56,135 bases of DNA, taken from Tubiluchus corallicola (taxonomy: Eukaryota > Animalia > Priapulida). The stretch is taken from the NCBI GenBank assembly GCA_030141605.1, contig JAQGDQ010001194.1:1-56135 (forward strand), written 5' to 3'. The notes under the pieces were generated by a model that was given only the letters and a program-made list of their open reading frames with translations, ran no database searches and was not told the origin of the DNA. This document shows, piece after piece, positions 12,756-34,700 of the stretch. The position numbers and the translations under genes were made by a program. How positions within the stretch are numbered: the stretch's first letter is position 1; each line of letters opens with the position of its first letter.

Positions 12756-14734
12756 TACCTTGCATTATAATGGCATTATCATATTACATTGCAGACTGGA
12801 AAAAAATTAATATTAGTAATGTAGCATGTTCCCTCAGTTCTGTTGAATATCTGATGAAAATTGTGAACAGACTTGCAAGTTTTTCTTTCTTATTGGAAGT
12901 TTTTCTTTCTTATTTTTCTTGGAAGTTGCCAAAGATTTAGGAGATTTAGTTATAGATGCGATCCATCTGCAGATTACACTTAGAATACCAGCATTTATTT
13001 TTATTTTATTTTTTTTTATTTTATTTACACCCAATCGTAAAATACAGTCTACAATAAAAACAATATAATATAAAACTCCTTGGAAAAGAACATACAAATA
13101 AAATGTTTACAAGAGTGTGGTGAAGACACAAAGAGATTAACTGCTTACATGTGTCTATTGTGTACAAGGAATTTGTGCAAGTTAACTTTATATAACTTAA
13201 TATTTTGTGCAATTACAAGGGTTGTACCATCAACATATATGCAAGCATTGAGTTCCAAATCGTGATTCTTGCTCAACTCACTACAGTCAACTGCTGAGTC
13301 TGATTTTATATAAGCACTTTAAAACAAATAATAATTTGCACAATCATATTTCATATAGCTTGCGCAAACGGATACAGAAAAGGTGCTACATTTGGGGCAG
13401 ACTGCACCAATATAACCACTACGCAAATGCACGTACTTAAACAATAACCATGTAAGTAATGGTACCACTAATACAGCACAAGCAATTGTATACTTCTTCT
13501 CATATATAAACAACCATATTGGGATGGTCACTATCAGCCTTGGCCATCGTATCATATTAATATGCCCCTGATTTTTACACTGAGCTGATGCTTCGTGATA
13601 TGACCTTCTGACTTGTAATTATACTAGTTACACGAATCATTTACACTAAAACTATACAAATACGGCTTACACTGCTATTATTACAACGCAGGTAAATTTC
13701 TTTGCTACACTCAGCAATTTCATTATCCTCGAAATACTATTTAAATTGATAATACTCCAAGAATGGCAAAAAAAGACATTCGATGAATTTAAGCCTGTAA
13801 TGGAAACATATAATTTGCAGTTACTTTGTTTGGTGAGCAAGAATCATGATTTCAATAATATTATACTTTAGTCAGTAGCTGTTTTTGATGCTCCATTATT
13901 GGGATAGTTTCTGGGCTAGTACTAGCTGTAAATAATTAGATTTGAATAACGATTGATTTTAGAAATGATTAACCACCACGAAAAGAAACTGTTTCACTAA
14001 TCTAAGGACTAGATTTTCTGTTGCTCCTCCTTTATAGACAGACTGTTAACTACTACTGCAGAGAAGTAGAATCACACTAGAGTCCTAATTTTTAAAAAAA
14101 ATGTTTACTACTTTTGAGGCTCATTGATGACAAGCTTTTTCAAATTATTTAATTACTTGTAAAATGTTTTTTTACAAAAATTCAGAGAGATATCAGTCAC
14201 TAGATTTTAGAAGTTGAGTTTATGGTTCCATGGAAACAATTTACCAAATAATAATGTAATTGTTATTATTATTGCCAAAAATAGTTTAACCCGTTTTCGC
14301 CTCATTAATGGATGAGGAATTAGCAGCAGCGTTGCAGCGTCTCCACTGCCATATTACTCAAAATTTATGCATGCTGCAAGCAGAATTGCATAGTTTGGAC
14401 ATTCAACTTGCTTAAGCCAAAGTTGGCATTAACATTAGCACTGTACACTAAACTTTGTGTTTTGAGTTACCTTTTGCTGCACAAGTATACTGTCATCATA
14501 CTTCACATTTAAATGGTAAGTTGTCTTTTATTATTTTCTTACCTCGTAAACTCAACTTGTAAAATTATCACTTGTTTTTCATTGGTGCAAAATCAGAAAA
14601 CATTTCCAGCTGTTTGTCATCGTATGATAACTCATGAAATAATAATTGAGCCACAAAATTTAACAGTGCACCCACCGTATAACTGCAGTAAAGAAACAAT
14701 GATTTTTAAATTTACGTATTTTTTTAAGTTACAG

Positions 14735-15577
14735 ATGGCTTTATTTGCAAGAATTTCTTGGCGTTTTCCTAATCCAGCCATTTGCTGCAATCGAGCCTCT
14801 TACATATGCAATTCATTTCGGCGTATTAGCGTCAAGAAGCAGGACGACATTGGAGTTTTTGGCTACTCCTTACTGATCATACCAGCTACCACATTTGCTC
14901 TTGGCTGTTGGCAAGTAAAGAGACGCAGATGGAAGTTGGATTTGATCACAAGTTTGCAAGAGGGGTCGAAAAGTGAACCGGTGCCGTTACCGTACGATTT
15001 CAACGAGATCGATCAACTGGAATTCAAGAAGGTGTTCGTACAGGGCCATTTTGATCATTCTAAGGAAATGTACATCGTGCAGCGATCGCTCATTCCTCAA
15101 GATGGCGAGGAACGCAGAAGCACAATCATGTCAGATCCGTCGCGCGTTGGAGCCAACGTGATCACACCGTTCTTTCTGACGGACCGAAATGCTTCTATTT
15201 TGGTGAACCGCGGCTGGGTTCCTAGGCGTAAAATGAATCCTGCGACAAGAAAAGAAGGGCAGATCGAAGGCGAAATACAGTTCGTCGGTGTCGTGCGTAA
15301 AACTGAAAAGCGGCAGCCGTTTGGTATAAAGAATGATCCGACGTCCAATAAGTTCTTTCGCCGTGACATTGACCTTATGGCACATGTCGCAAACACGACA
15401 CCAGTGTTCATAGACGCAACGTACGATTCAACCATCCCAGGTGGTCCCATTGGAGGACAGACTCGAATAACGCTGCGTAATGAACATTTTTCGTACATAG
15501 TAACCTGGTTTTCTTTAACAATTGGAACTGCTTACTTGTGGTATAGAAAACTATATCAACGTAAACCCATACTGTAA
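14735..15577 (+). CDS. SURF1: Surfeit locus protein 1 (cytochrome c oxidase assembly factor), single coding exon
   Basis: Motifs TFALGCWQVKRRRWK, VNRGWVP, PIGGQTRITLRNEHFSYIVTWFSL. Likely start is ATG 14735 (MALFARISWRF, mitochondrial-presequence-like) directly after ttttttaagttacag; the ORF extension to 14513 looks intronic. Confidence 0.95.
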   Translation: MALFARISWRFPNPAICCNRASYICNSFRRISVKKQDDIGVFGYSLLIIPATTFALGCWQVKRRRWKLDLITSLQEGSKSEPVPLPYDFNEIDQLEFKKVFVQGHFDHSKEMYIVQRSLIPQDGEERRSTIMSDPSRVGANVITPFFLTDRNASILVNRGWVPRRKMNPATRKEGQIEGEIQFVGVVRKTEKRQPFGIKNDPTSNKFFRRDIDLMAHVANTTPVFIDATYDSTIPGGPIGGQTRITLRNEHFSYIVTWFSLTIGTAYLWYRKLYQRKPIL

Positions 15578-15639
15578 TGACGATACTGATATTTAAACGT
15601 GTATTGCATAGTTAATAACGTGTATCAAAATATTTAGTA

Positions 15640-15968
15640 CAGTCAACCCTCGTTAAACTGGACTAATTGGGGGGGTGGGTGGTCCGGTTTAGCCGATTGT
15701 CCGATTTATCCGATATGCCTATATATGGTCTATATTATATGGAATAATCACCTTAATAAGGCCTATATACTGTGCACTATATACTATACTGGATATTACT
15801 TTAAAATAGTTAACCTGCGAGGATAAAGAAACTATTGTACAGTTGTTAGGCCATGTTGTGTTTAGAGCTCCGGCTCGGGCGGAAATCGGTCAGTTTCCTT
15901 TACCACGGATGACGTCCGTCTTATCCGATATCCGGGCTAACGGGGTCTGGTTTAACGAGGGTCGACTG
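15640..15968 (+). mobile_element. Tigger/pogo-type MITE, family C
   Basis: TA|CAGTCAACCCTCGTTAAAC...GTTTAACGAGGGTCGACTG|TA; inverted second copy at 41164-41501. Confidence 0.9.
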
Positions 15969-16401
15969 TACTTGGTTTGTGAACATTTTAGCTGCATAAG
16001 TCACTTATTTAAATGGCGTACGCTGTATTATGTTTTTCTTTATAAATTGACAGGAAAAATTTAATCTAAAATAAACTATGAGATAATTAGAGCTTCATTT
16101 TAATAACTTTTGCAAACGTTTTTTGTTGTATGCTAATCGTCGTGGCCGTATTATCCTTTAGGCTACTAGAGGCTGCATCATAGGGTCTGAAGCTTTGGTA
16201 ACATTTGGTAATTAATCTGCTTTTTCACTACATTTATGTTGAAACATGTACTAAGTGTTTGCAATAAATAGTAAAATAGAGGTATTTCTTAAAGAATATT
16301 CTTACTCACAAACAAGGGATAACTACTCTAGTATATTTAAAATTATTTGCAGTAAATCTACTTCAACGTATGTAAATATCAGTAAAATATATCACGGGTA
16401 A

Positions 16402-16494
16402 TATCACATTGAAAACACCGGTTCTCGTCTGATCACCGAAGTTAAGCAATGTAGAGCCTGGTCTTCTGAGACAGAAGGATGCCAACAACAACAA
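16402..16494 (+). mobile_element. Internally deleted mini-copy of the 5S-derived SINE
   Basis: Part of the 5S head (tatcacattgaaaacaccggttctcgtctgatcaccgaagttaagcaatgtagagcctgg) fused to the SINE tail (tcttctgagacagaaggatgccaacaacaac); 13-bp TSD atatcacgggtaa. Confidence 0.85.
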
Positions 16495-17035
16495 ATATCA
16501 CGGGTAAAAATATTCAGAAATGTGCAGGTGAGCTAAAGTGTGGCTCTGTGCGACGGGATTTCCATGATTTCATTTGCCTAGTGCCCCGAAAGGTCACAAT
16601 CCGGCCCAGCTAATAGGAATAGTAGTCTTTTACATACGTAAGGAAACCTGTTTGGAACCCAGCTTATTATCAAACGTATGATTTCCTAGGCCCTGAGGTG
16701 AGACTGTGCACTGGTAGTGGTCTCCCAGCAATGTTCTAAGTTAGCTTCTAGGTCTAGCATTGCATAAATTGAGTAGTGAAACACACACGATTACCACACA
16801 GCTATTTTTCCCTAAAAAGGAAATGATAACATGTTTTCAAGTAACATTAACAATAACTTAATAATAATAATAATGATAATAATAATAGCTAACATTAACA
16901 ATAAAAATTAACAATAACTTTATATTTACCTTTCTTTACATTCTTGTATCACATTTGCCAAATAGCTAACAACCCATTTGAGAAACCCCTTTCTCATTTG
17001 GCATGACTATAGAATCATTTTATCGTTTTGTCAAT

Positions 17036-17330
17036 CAGCATCTTTATCTTGTAAAACGAATTCAAACGAATTATATTGAAAACAGTACAGAAGTGTAGTG
17101 AGCTTTTATCAAAAAATCATTTTATATATTAAAACAAAATTTTAAGCATTTTAAAATGCCACTAAGAATGCAGTGCATAGTGATGTCATTCGGCATCTTT
17201 ATCTTGTAAAACGGATTCACATTTGTATTGAAAACAGTACAGAAGTGTAGTGAGCTTTTATTAAAAAATCATTTTATATGTTAAAACAAAGTTTTCAGCA
17301 TTTTAAAATGCCACCAAGAATGCAATGAAA
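17036..17330 (+). repeat. Tandem duplication, 2 x ~155 bp
   Basis: gcatctttatcttgtaaaacg...ttttaaaatgccac.aagaatgca occurs twice. Confidence 0.85.
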
Positions 17331-18848
17331 CTTAATGCCAGTATACTACAATATTTTGCATCATCCATCTATCCTCCTTCATCTCTTCTACGGCTTTATT
17401 TATTATTTTTCGATATTATCGTAATTATGATGGAGAATAAGTGGAACTAAACTCTTGAAAGAAGCCAAATTGGTGAAAATTTAACCAAATTTTTCATTTT
17501 CTGCCAGTTGCCACTAATCAGATTATGTTACATCTCAGCAAGTGAACTGCTTTTATGTGGAAACAGATTTAGCATGTGTTAAATCATTTTCTCTTCCCGG
17601 CAATTTATGAAAAACTGGCTCCATTTGCATTTTCTGGTGCGTGCTGTTTTTCCAGGAGGAAATTGGAACCATATGGCTTCGCTTTACCTATATGTTGATA
17701 AAGTTGTTTGTAGGATTTTCTTAAATCCTTTCCTGCAACTCATAAAATCTCCCTGAGTAGGACTGAAAATTGTTTACCTATTACTTAGGATGATTTATTT
17801 AACTAGCTTGGTTTTTGGATGCATGTGCTGATGTATAGTTAGGAAGAACTGTGAGTGTATTTCTGGTGAAGCCTTATGAAAATCTAGGGCGCCGGTTAGC
17901 TATTGAAGCCCAGTACAGCTTACTTGAGGTTGGTGAATGTAAACAGCTTCTTGCTGGTTAAAAACTGTTCATTCTTTTCCTAGTGTTTTGTTTGTTTCAT
18001 AGTTCTTGAACTTTCAAGCTTAAAATCTTTTTGAAACCATTAGACAAAAGTGAGATGTAAATTCGTTAATCCTACTGCTGGTAAGCTAGATTTTATATAG
18101 AAATCATTAAGTATTCTGTAAATACATGTATTTATAAATGTTAATGGAGTTTTTTGTAGAGCACTTATGTTTTTACTTTTTAATAAATGCTTAGGCTTGC
18201 TACTGCACATTTTTCACTATTATAGAAGTTGTTTGTCTTATATAGTTGCACAGTTTTTATTATAGACAGATAATTATTATACAGTTGCACAGTTTTATTA
18301 TAGACGTTTTAACGGCATTTATGCATTCTTTGTTTCATGTACTATCAGGCAATAAAGCTTCAGCAGTTTTGCTTCAGTTTTTTTTTAATAACACAATACG
18401 TGCATGGAAAAACTAAATATATATTTATCCGGCTATTGCTAAATAGTAATACTTTACTTTTTCATATTATTCAGCACAAGACAAACTAGAATTCAACATG
18501 TAACAGTAAAACCTACTCACTGTGGGACATTGTGGTGAAGCTAGAAAACTGTCTTGTTATCAAATGTGTTTCCTAAGTGAGCTTAGCCATGTCCATATGT
18601 ACATTCTTCCTCAGCAAGTCAAACAGCAAGAATTGGTATGGCAAATAAGAACTGGCCAGAATGAGTAATGAATATAGGATCACCTATTCATTCATTGATC
18701 AGTCTTGGTGTTGTTTAACTTCCATCGCCAAGCACACACTGTCAGCAATCAGTTATTCACCTGCTTTACTGTATTTTTATATTGATTGTATTACAAATGA
18801 ATAAAATTTCTATTTTGCAGGGGGTCATATGCCAGTAAGTAGCTGAGA

Positions 18849-27375
<8,527 letters not shown>

Positions 27376-28427
27376 ACGATCATAAATTGTCTAATTTTAG
27401 TATTAATTTTAGCAAAATTTGCATAATTCGTACCTCGGAAGACGCGATAAATCACTGCCAATTTAACAAAGGCACATAGCAGATCATATAACAGATTATA
27501 TGATTATCTACGTGTGGACCTGAGGCAAATTATGTATAGTGTATCATGTGACTTTTAAAACACAATTGAAAAACAATTTCAATTAGAACACACTAACTTT
27601 CTTTTTAAAGTGCACTTACTAAACTAGCAGGCCAGTTTTATAAAACTTGGAAGGTACAGAGATATTTAAAATTTTTATTGGAAATATGAAATTTCATTAA
27701 CAAAACGCTAAAACAACCATGTCATGCTTTTTCTAGAGGAGGTTTTAGTACATCTGTGGTGCTACTTTATTTACTTATTGATGTACATTGTTATACTATA
27801 ATGTTATATTGTCATATTTTATCATATTTTACTTACTACCATGTTTGTAAAATCTTGGAATATAATCATTATTATAAATGGAGCTTATATGCATGATTAT
27901 GTGTCACCAATTTTTTTCTAACAGAACAAAAAACAAAAAAAGCAAACACATATTCATTTATGCCACTCACATATATTATTGCTTTGTCAGTTACTAATTC
28001 ATATAAATCATAATTATTACTGATAATCAACATGTCCACAAAATAAATATTAGTAATAATAAGCCAATAATTAATGACAGAAATCTTTGAACTGGCGTTG
28101 GCACCTCAACTGACACACTTAGTTTAATGAAAGACTAAAACGGTGATGGTATATTGTCAAGTACAATTTCCTCGTCGTCGGGACTGGAAACGTTATTGAA
28201 AGACTTGAAAGAAGGGCACAGAAACACATTTTCTCACATTATCATACTTTAGCAAGCACTTCAAGACGAACGCGGTAAACTTTTAGATAAAAAGAAGGGA
28301 AATAAATGAAAGTTAATAAGACTGTGTTAAGACTAACATGATTTTCCTTAGTAACATTTTGAGCCACAGAAGCTATCCACACAAAGTAATATGAAAATGT
28401 TACATAACAGTCATTTCCCCGTTTTAA

Positions 28428-28510
28428 TTATGAGGTCGACACGACAATATGGAATGTACATTTATAAGGTCGATACGACAATATGGAATGTACATTTATA
28501 AGGTCGATAT
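28428..28510 (+). repeat. Short tandem repeat (~36-bp unit) in the presumed ACLY 3' UTR
   Basis: aggtcga.acgacaatatggaatgtacatttata x2 plus a partial third unit. Confidence 0.8.
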
Positions 28511-28796
28511 TAAAGGAGGTCTTTCTGTTGCTACAAATTAGAGATCAATTTCTTTTCAACAAGAAAAATAAGAGAGAACATTAAGAGTAATAAATAAATA
28601 AATTTTAACAGCAATGATTGTAAATATTAGATCGGCAGAACACACACCGAGACTGCACGCTTTACGTACTAATGATATCTTACACCGGGGGTGGTTATGA
28701 CTTGTCTAGTAGAGTTAACGAACTACAGATGGCAGCACAAAACAGCTCAATTGCAACGGCAAGTTTGTGACGTAGCGTCGTAGCCCACGGAAAGAC

Positions 28797-31700
28797 CTAC
28801 ACGTTTCCCTCCGGCATTATATATGAGATGTCATCCCATGGATGTCGATAAAGACCTTGCTTCAGTCTCTTTTGATCCAAATAATGACCTAAAAAGTTGA
28901 GTCAGATAACTTAAAGACAAAATTTTTCTGTCAATTGTGAAACAATAACTGTGAGAAAAACAAAAGTTATGCTTAAGAAAAAGGCAGAACAAATGTACTA
29001 ATTGTTCAAAAAAGTACACAAAATTGTTGACCAGGTCCCGGTGTCACAAAGGTATTACTAAACGCCGTCACTAAAGCTGTCATTAAAGCCGTTTACTGGT
29101 GGCTTAGGAATGTTGTCACTATCGAGATCATTCTGCGTTTCACAAACTAATGTCGTTAGAGTGTCACTAATTAGTGATTATCTTAACCCTTTCAGTCCCA
29201 AATTATTTTTTTAATAAGAAAATTTTTTTTGGCTTGGTTCTTTTGTTCAGCATGTCCATCTTGTCTACACATAATAATTATTTTTTCTACCTGTGCCCGC
29301 GTGCTAAATATAGCCTGTATCCCACTGGATACATTGGGATTCAATGGAAGCATAAAATGCGCTTCATTTTGCAACTGCTGATAATTTTTTAAAGTATTTA
29401 AGACATTTAGTATGCATTCTATGCTGATCTGTACAAAGTCATCTCTAAAGTACTGTACCTTGTGCAGTTTTTTATGTTATGTAGATTTTCTGGTTTGCCA
29501 TTTTATTACCATTTTTAGTCTATTGTTATTGACTTAAATCAAAATAACTATTAACAGATCAAATAACTGTCAGTTTTAAAATTTTATTAATTTTAAAGGC
29601 AGAAAATATTCTCGTATCCCATGGGATACAACGGGTATGAAAGGGTTAAAGAAACTGCTACAGGAAGTGCTACTGCATACGTCATAAACCCATATAAATA
29701 ACTATACAGAGCCTGACCAAACTAGGAATATGGTTTTGTGGTACTGTTATTAAGTTGATAGTAATCGTCAACTTTATGACGGCTTTGTGAAACCGGCCCC
29801 AGATATAATGAAAGTGAAAAATGATGCTAATTGAATAAATATCAGATACAGCTTAGAAATATAGTAAAAAGTGAATATAATATAGATACACTGAGCACAC
29901 ATGCAGATTCTAGTGCTGTTCACTACTTTAAGCAACCAACTTACTGATACGACATGTCTAAACAACAGATATTCAACTGAATAATAATGAATAATGTATT
30001 TATTTATAAAGTGCTCTTTCAATAATATTTTTTTTGCAAATGATAATGACGTAAAAATAGCATCGATTTTAATCAATCTACTTGAACCCTCGTTAAAAAA
30101 AAATTATGGATAAGAACCCTTTGCCTTAAAAATTAGTAGTTTTATATGGGTTTTACACGTCAAATGTAGACCGACGTTAAGTCAAATGTAGACTTAGGTA
30201 GTTCAAATGTGTTAACAATGGTTTTCAACAAATCTTAAGCGTTTTTGGTAAGTCAAATGTAGACACATGTCAAGTCAAATGTCCTATGTCTACATTTGAC
30301 TTACCTAAGTCACATTTGAACTTTCCTGTGTCTACATTTGACGTGTAAAACCTATAATCTTCCTTTCATTGTTTTTATCCACATGTGATGAACTCTGGCA
30401 TGCTCGGATAAAGTAAGACACCTATTTCGCATTATAAAAACTATTTATTCTTTTATATAATACACCATAGAGTGTGAAAAATGGTGCCAGTGGTCGTCAC
30501 AGGTGCGGGCGGTACAATAAAAATATTTAAAAAAGTATTAAAGAACTATAATACAATTAGACCTATCTGTAATCCTAAAAAAATCTACAGGAAACAGTCA
30601 ACAATTATACATTAAAATACTGCTTAAAAAACTTCACACATAATATCACCTATAAGCTCAAAGCAACATACCAATGAATCCCATGCTTCGCCCAAGTACA
30701 AACAGTCCATTCAATGCACCAATATCAATGTACTCATTCGCTTCCTCTAAAGTAAAGCAGCCGCAGTTCCGAAGAAGATCTACCATTGCGACGCCAATAA
30801 AACCGTCAACGTTCAAAATCAAATTTGGCTTCTGAAACGATAAAAAGAATGTGAACAACTGAACGTTTGTAGCTCTTATTAAAAAGATGCAAAACATCAG
30901 AACTGCACCAGCTAGACCATACCAAGTGGTTAAATCATACATTTTGTTGGCATCCTTCTGTCTCTGAAGACAATGGAGTGTATGCCAGAGAGTTAGTTAT
31001 TTATCACATTGATGGAGTTGCAGCGTCGACTATGGCTGAGCAGTGCGATCCTTGAACGTCTCCTGGGCAGGTGTATGGAGATCCTGAGTTGTCCAGACAA
31101 CAGGAACCCCCTCTCTTCCTCCCTGGTGTAGTCCAAAGGAAAGCAGAGCGATACGTTTGGCACCAAGTTGGCTGCAGGAGCTACCGGAGTCAGTGAGCAT
31201 GCTGCACTGTTCCGCCTTCGGGGCTCCACTCCTGATTTGGAAATTTACTCCTCTACACATGGCCGTTGGGTCACTTGACCTCCTCCGCCCTCTAGCCGTT
31301 AGCTGCTTGTGCAGCTCCCCCGCCTAGTGTCGAGATACAGTGTGGGCATCCCGCAAGTCTACAGCATATGGTATTCCTAGGCAGTCACCCATCCAAGTAC
31401 TAATCAGGCTTTACGTTGCTTAACTTCGGTGATCAGACGAGAGCCGGTGTTTTCAACATGATATGGCCGTAGATAGCCCATACATAACAGACATATATAC
31501 AAAGTGTAAGTGACTACGAGTACTTACTCTTCCACCCTTGCACAGCGTATTAAATTCATAAACTCTACGTACAAATTTAATAGTTCATTTAACAACACTA
31601 CATCTGAATGCCACACGTCTCACCTTTGAAGTTGTGATCTTTTCCACTTGTGTTGCGTAGTCTAGAAGTGGCGTGGCGGGAAAATTTTCACGAGCGTAAT

Positions 31701-34700
31701 CACGAAGTATCTTCACCCTCATATCAGGATTGTTGATCTGAAAAAGTCACATTATCATGAAATAATAAAACAACTTGAATAAAAAGAAGAAAAGTTCAGA
31801 AATTTCATGCAGATCGCTCATAATATCACCTAATTCAGCTGTGTTTTTAGTTTCTTACTACTTTTAGTAGAGTTTTATGAAACTTCTTATGAAACTTTGG
31901 TAGAGGTTTATGAAACTTTAGTAGAGGTTTATGAAACTTCTTATGAAACTTTGGTAGAGGTTTATGAAACTTCTTATGAAACTTTGGTAGAGGTTTATGA
32001 AACTTTAGTAGAGGTTTATGAAACTTCTTATGAAACTTTGGTAGAGGTTTATGAAACTTTAGTAGAGGTTTATGAAACTTCTTATGAAACTTTGGTAGAG
32101 GTTTATGAAACTTTAGTAGAGGTTTATGAAACTTCTTATGAAACTTATGAAACTTTAGTAGAGGTTTATGAAACTTCTTATGAAACTTTGGTAGAGGTTT
32201 ATGAAACTTTAGTAGAGGTTTATGAAACTTCTTATGAAACTTTGGTAGAGGTTTATGAAACTTTAGTAGAGGTTTATGAAACTTCTTATGAAACTTTGGT
32301 AGAGGTTTATGAAACTTCTTATGAAACTTTGGTAGAGGTTTATGAAACTTCTTATGAAACTTTGGTAGAGGTTTATGAAACTTCTATCATACATACATGA
32401 TTTACGGAGCTGGACTATGACATTTTGGCGTATCTAGGCTAATAAAATTATGAGGCCCTCCCACTCAAATAGAGCCACCCTCTAACTCACCCACACCTAT
32501 CTTGAATATTTCATGCTCATGATGTATTTTAGCGACACTTACATAGCTTCAATAAATTCAGTGCAAATTCTTGAAATAAATTAGAAGAAATACCCACTAT
32601 TTTACTATTTATTGCAAGCCTACTGTTTTAGCACAACTGTAGTGAAATGACAGATTTTCTACCGACTGTTACCCAAGCTTGAAAGACCCTAGGCTGCACC
32701 TGACAACTTGCAATAACGTTTTGAAAATGACCCAATAAATATCAATACATCACACACGGTTCACTGTTACAGTGTTCCCTCGCTACTTCGCAGTTCGTTT
32801 ATCACGGACTCGCTGTTTCGCGGGTTTTTGCGGTACTCTGTCTAAAGTATTTTTGCACATGCATAGTAGATATTGTACAGTAATGTATAGATTTGATGAA
32901 TTTTGCATTAAAAAAAATCACAAAATATATTAAAAATCGTAATTCTAACATCAAAAGAATATTGTAAATCATAAAAAATTACCATTTACAGTAAATAGTG
33001 TATTTATTCGGTGGATGAATACACACCAAAAACAAAATGTAGTACTTGAGCCCGCTTGAGATGCTACTTGCCGAAGTGAGATTGTATACAACACACGATC
33101 ACAACACACGGTTGATTAATGGAAAGTACACAGTATAGCGTCCCTACTTCACGGAAATTCACTTATCGCGGGTGGGCCTGGAACGGAACACCCACGATAA
33201 GTGAGGGAACACTGTACTGCCTGTTTTCTTATGACCTCTGCCCTAGAACCTTTACAAGCATAAACTACATACATTGAAATGGTCACAGTGCAAGCAAGAA
33301 ATTACTCTACTAACGTTCTGCTCAGCAGAAATCGCAAAAAGAAAATTAAATGTCCAGTTAGAAAAGAAAACGACACAAAATCATCAGTAAATACCGATTT
33401 CACGCGATGTCCGATTCCCATAATAAGCTGTCCTTTCTTTCGCATCTCGTTTACAAATTCCATTGGTATCATTCCCTTATCCAAAGCTTCGCTAAATTGT
33501 TTGGCTGCTGCATCCAGAGCTCCACCAAATCTGTCTCCCTAAGACAAAGATTATTATTGAAACTTAACTTTCAATTCATTATCTTTATAAAAGCGTGTTT
33601 TATTGCAAAAAAAGAAATGAAATACAACACTGGTTGAACTTTGCAAAAATAAAAACAGGAAGGCAAAATCTGTAATGAATGAATTTCATTTTATTTTTAA
33701 CAAAAGTTCAGTACAATGTACAATTGAAAAAAGTACAAAAAGAAAACAAAGTTAATCTATACTCTTATATTAATATTCTTGGTATATATATTTATTTATA
33801 TATATATAAGATTCGAGGCTACAGCTTCGACGACGGCACCATTTGCGGCGATCTATACATCAAACGAAAAGTCTCGATCTAGTGTCGTGCCATTGGGGGT
33901 TTATTTTTCAAATCGAGCCCACCGCGAGGAACGGGGGGCAAAAAACCTCCAAAAATGGCCATTTTAGGACGTCTTCACCTTGAGGAGCTGTGATGAGTTG
34001 ATTGGATTTCGGGCAATTTTTGCTTAGAAAACTGCTGATGCAAAGCCATTGTTGTGACATCGTCCATTATACTCTGCCTATAACCTTATAGCTTTAATTC
34101 AGTAAAAGCTGCTGCTGGTTTTGCGTTATAAACGAGGACTAGGTAGAATGTTCGCGTATTATTGATTATAAGTGTACTTATGCGCAAAATTTTTTGCGAG
34201 GCGTTTGCTAGTGCTAAAATAATCTACTAGAACAGCCTGATAAACTCATTTGGCAAACTAGCTAAGTTTGTCCTCATACCAATGGCACACAAAAACTAAA
34301 GGCCCACTGTCTCCTACATTTTAAACGGCAGACTGCTTACAATGGTCAACAATCCCGAGCAAAGACTGGACACAAGATCCTTCCCCGCTCTTGCCGTAAC
34401 AATAGAGTTGTGAGCCCCGGAAACAGCTGGACCGTGGTCAACGGTAACTTTACAATGGTCAGCAGCAGACTGCATACTTACAATGGTCAACAATCCCGAG
34501 CAAAGGCTGGACACAAGATCCTTGCCCGCTCTTGCCGTAACGATAGAGTTGTGAGCCCCGGAAACAGCTGGACCGTGGTCAGCGGTAACCATCAAACACA
34601 TCTCAATGAACTTTGCTGCATAGCGAGGAATTCTGTAAACAAATAAAAAAAACAAAATCTAATGAAGAGCTCTCATGAAAACCGAGTTTGAGCCAGGGCT

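Noticed and set aside
14513-14734. 74-aa N-terminal extension of SURF1 in the ORF track
   Set aside because: AT-rich, intron-like sequence ending in a polypyrimidine-AG acceptor; a presequence-like start follows at 14735.
31897-32400. 167-aa [11 protein letters not shown] repeat ORF and CRISPR-like periodicity
   Set aside because: Pure minisatellite in an ACLY intron with no unique spacers and no cas genes; eukaryotic context.
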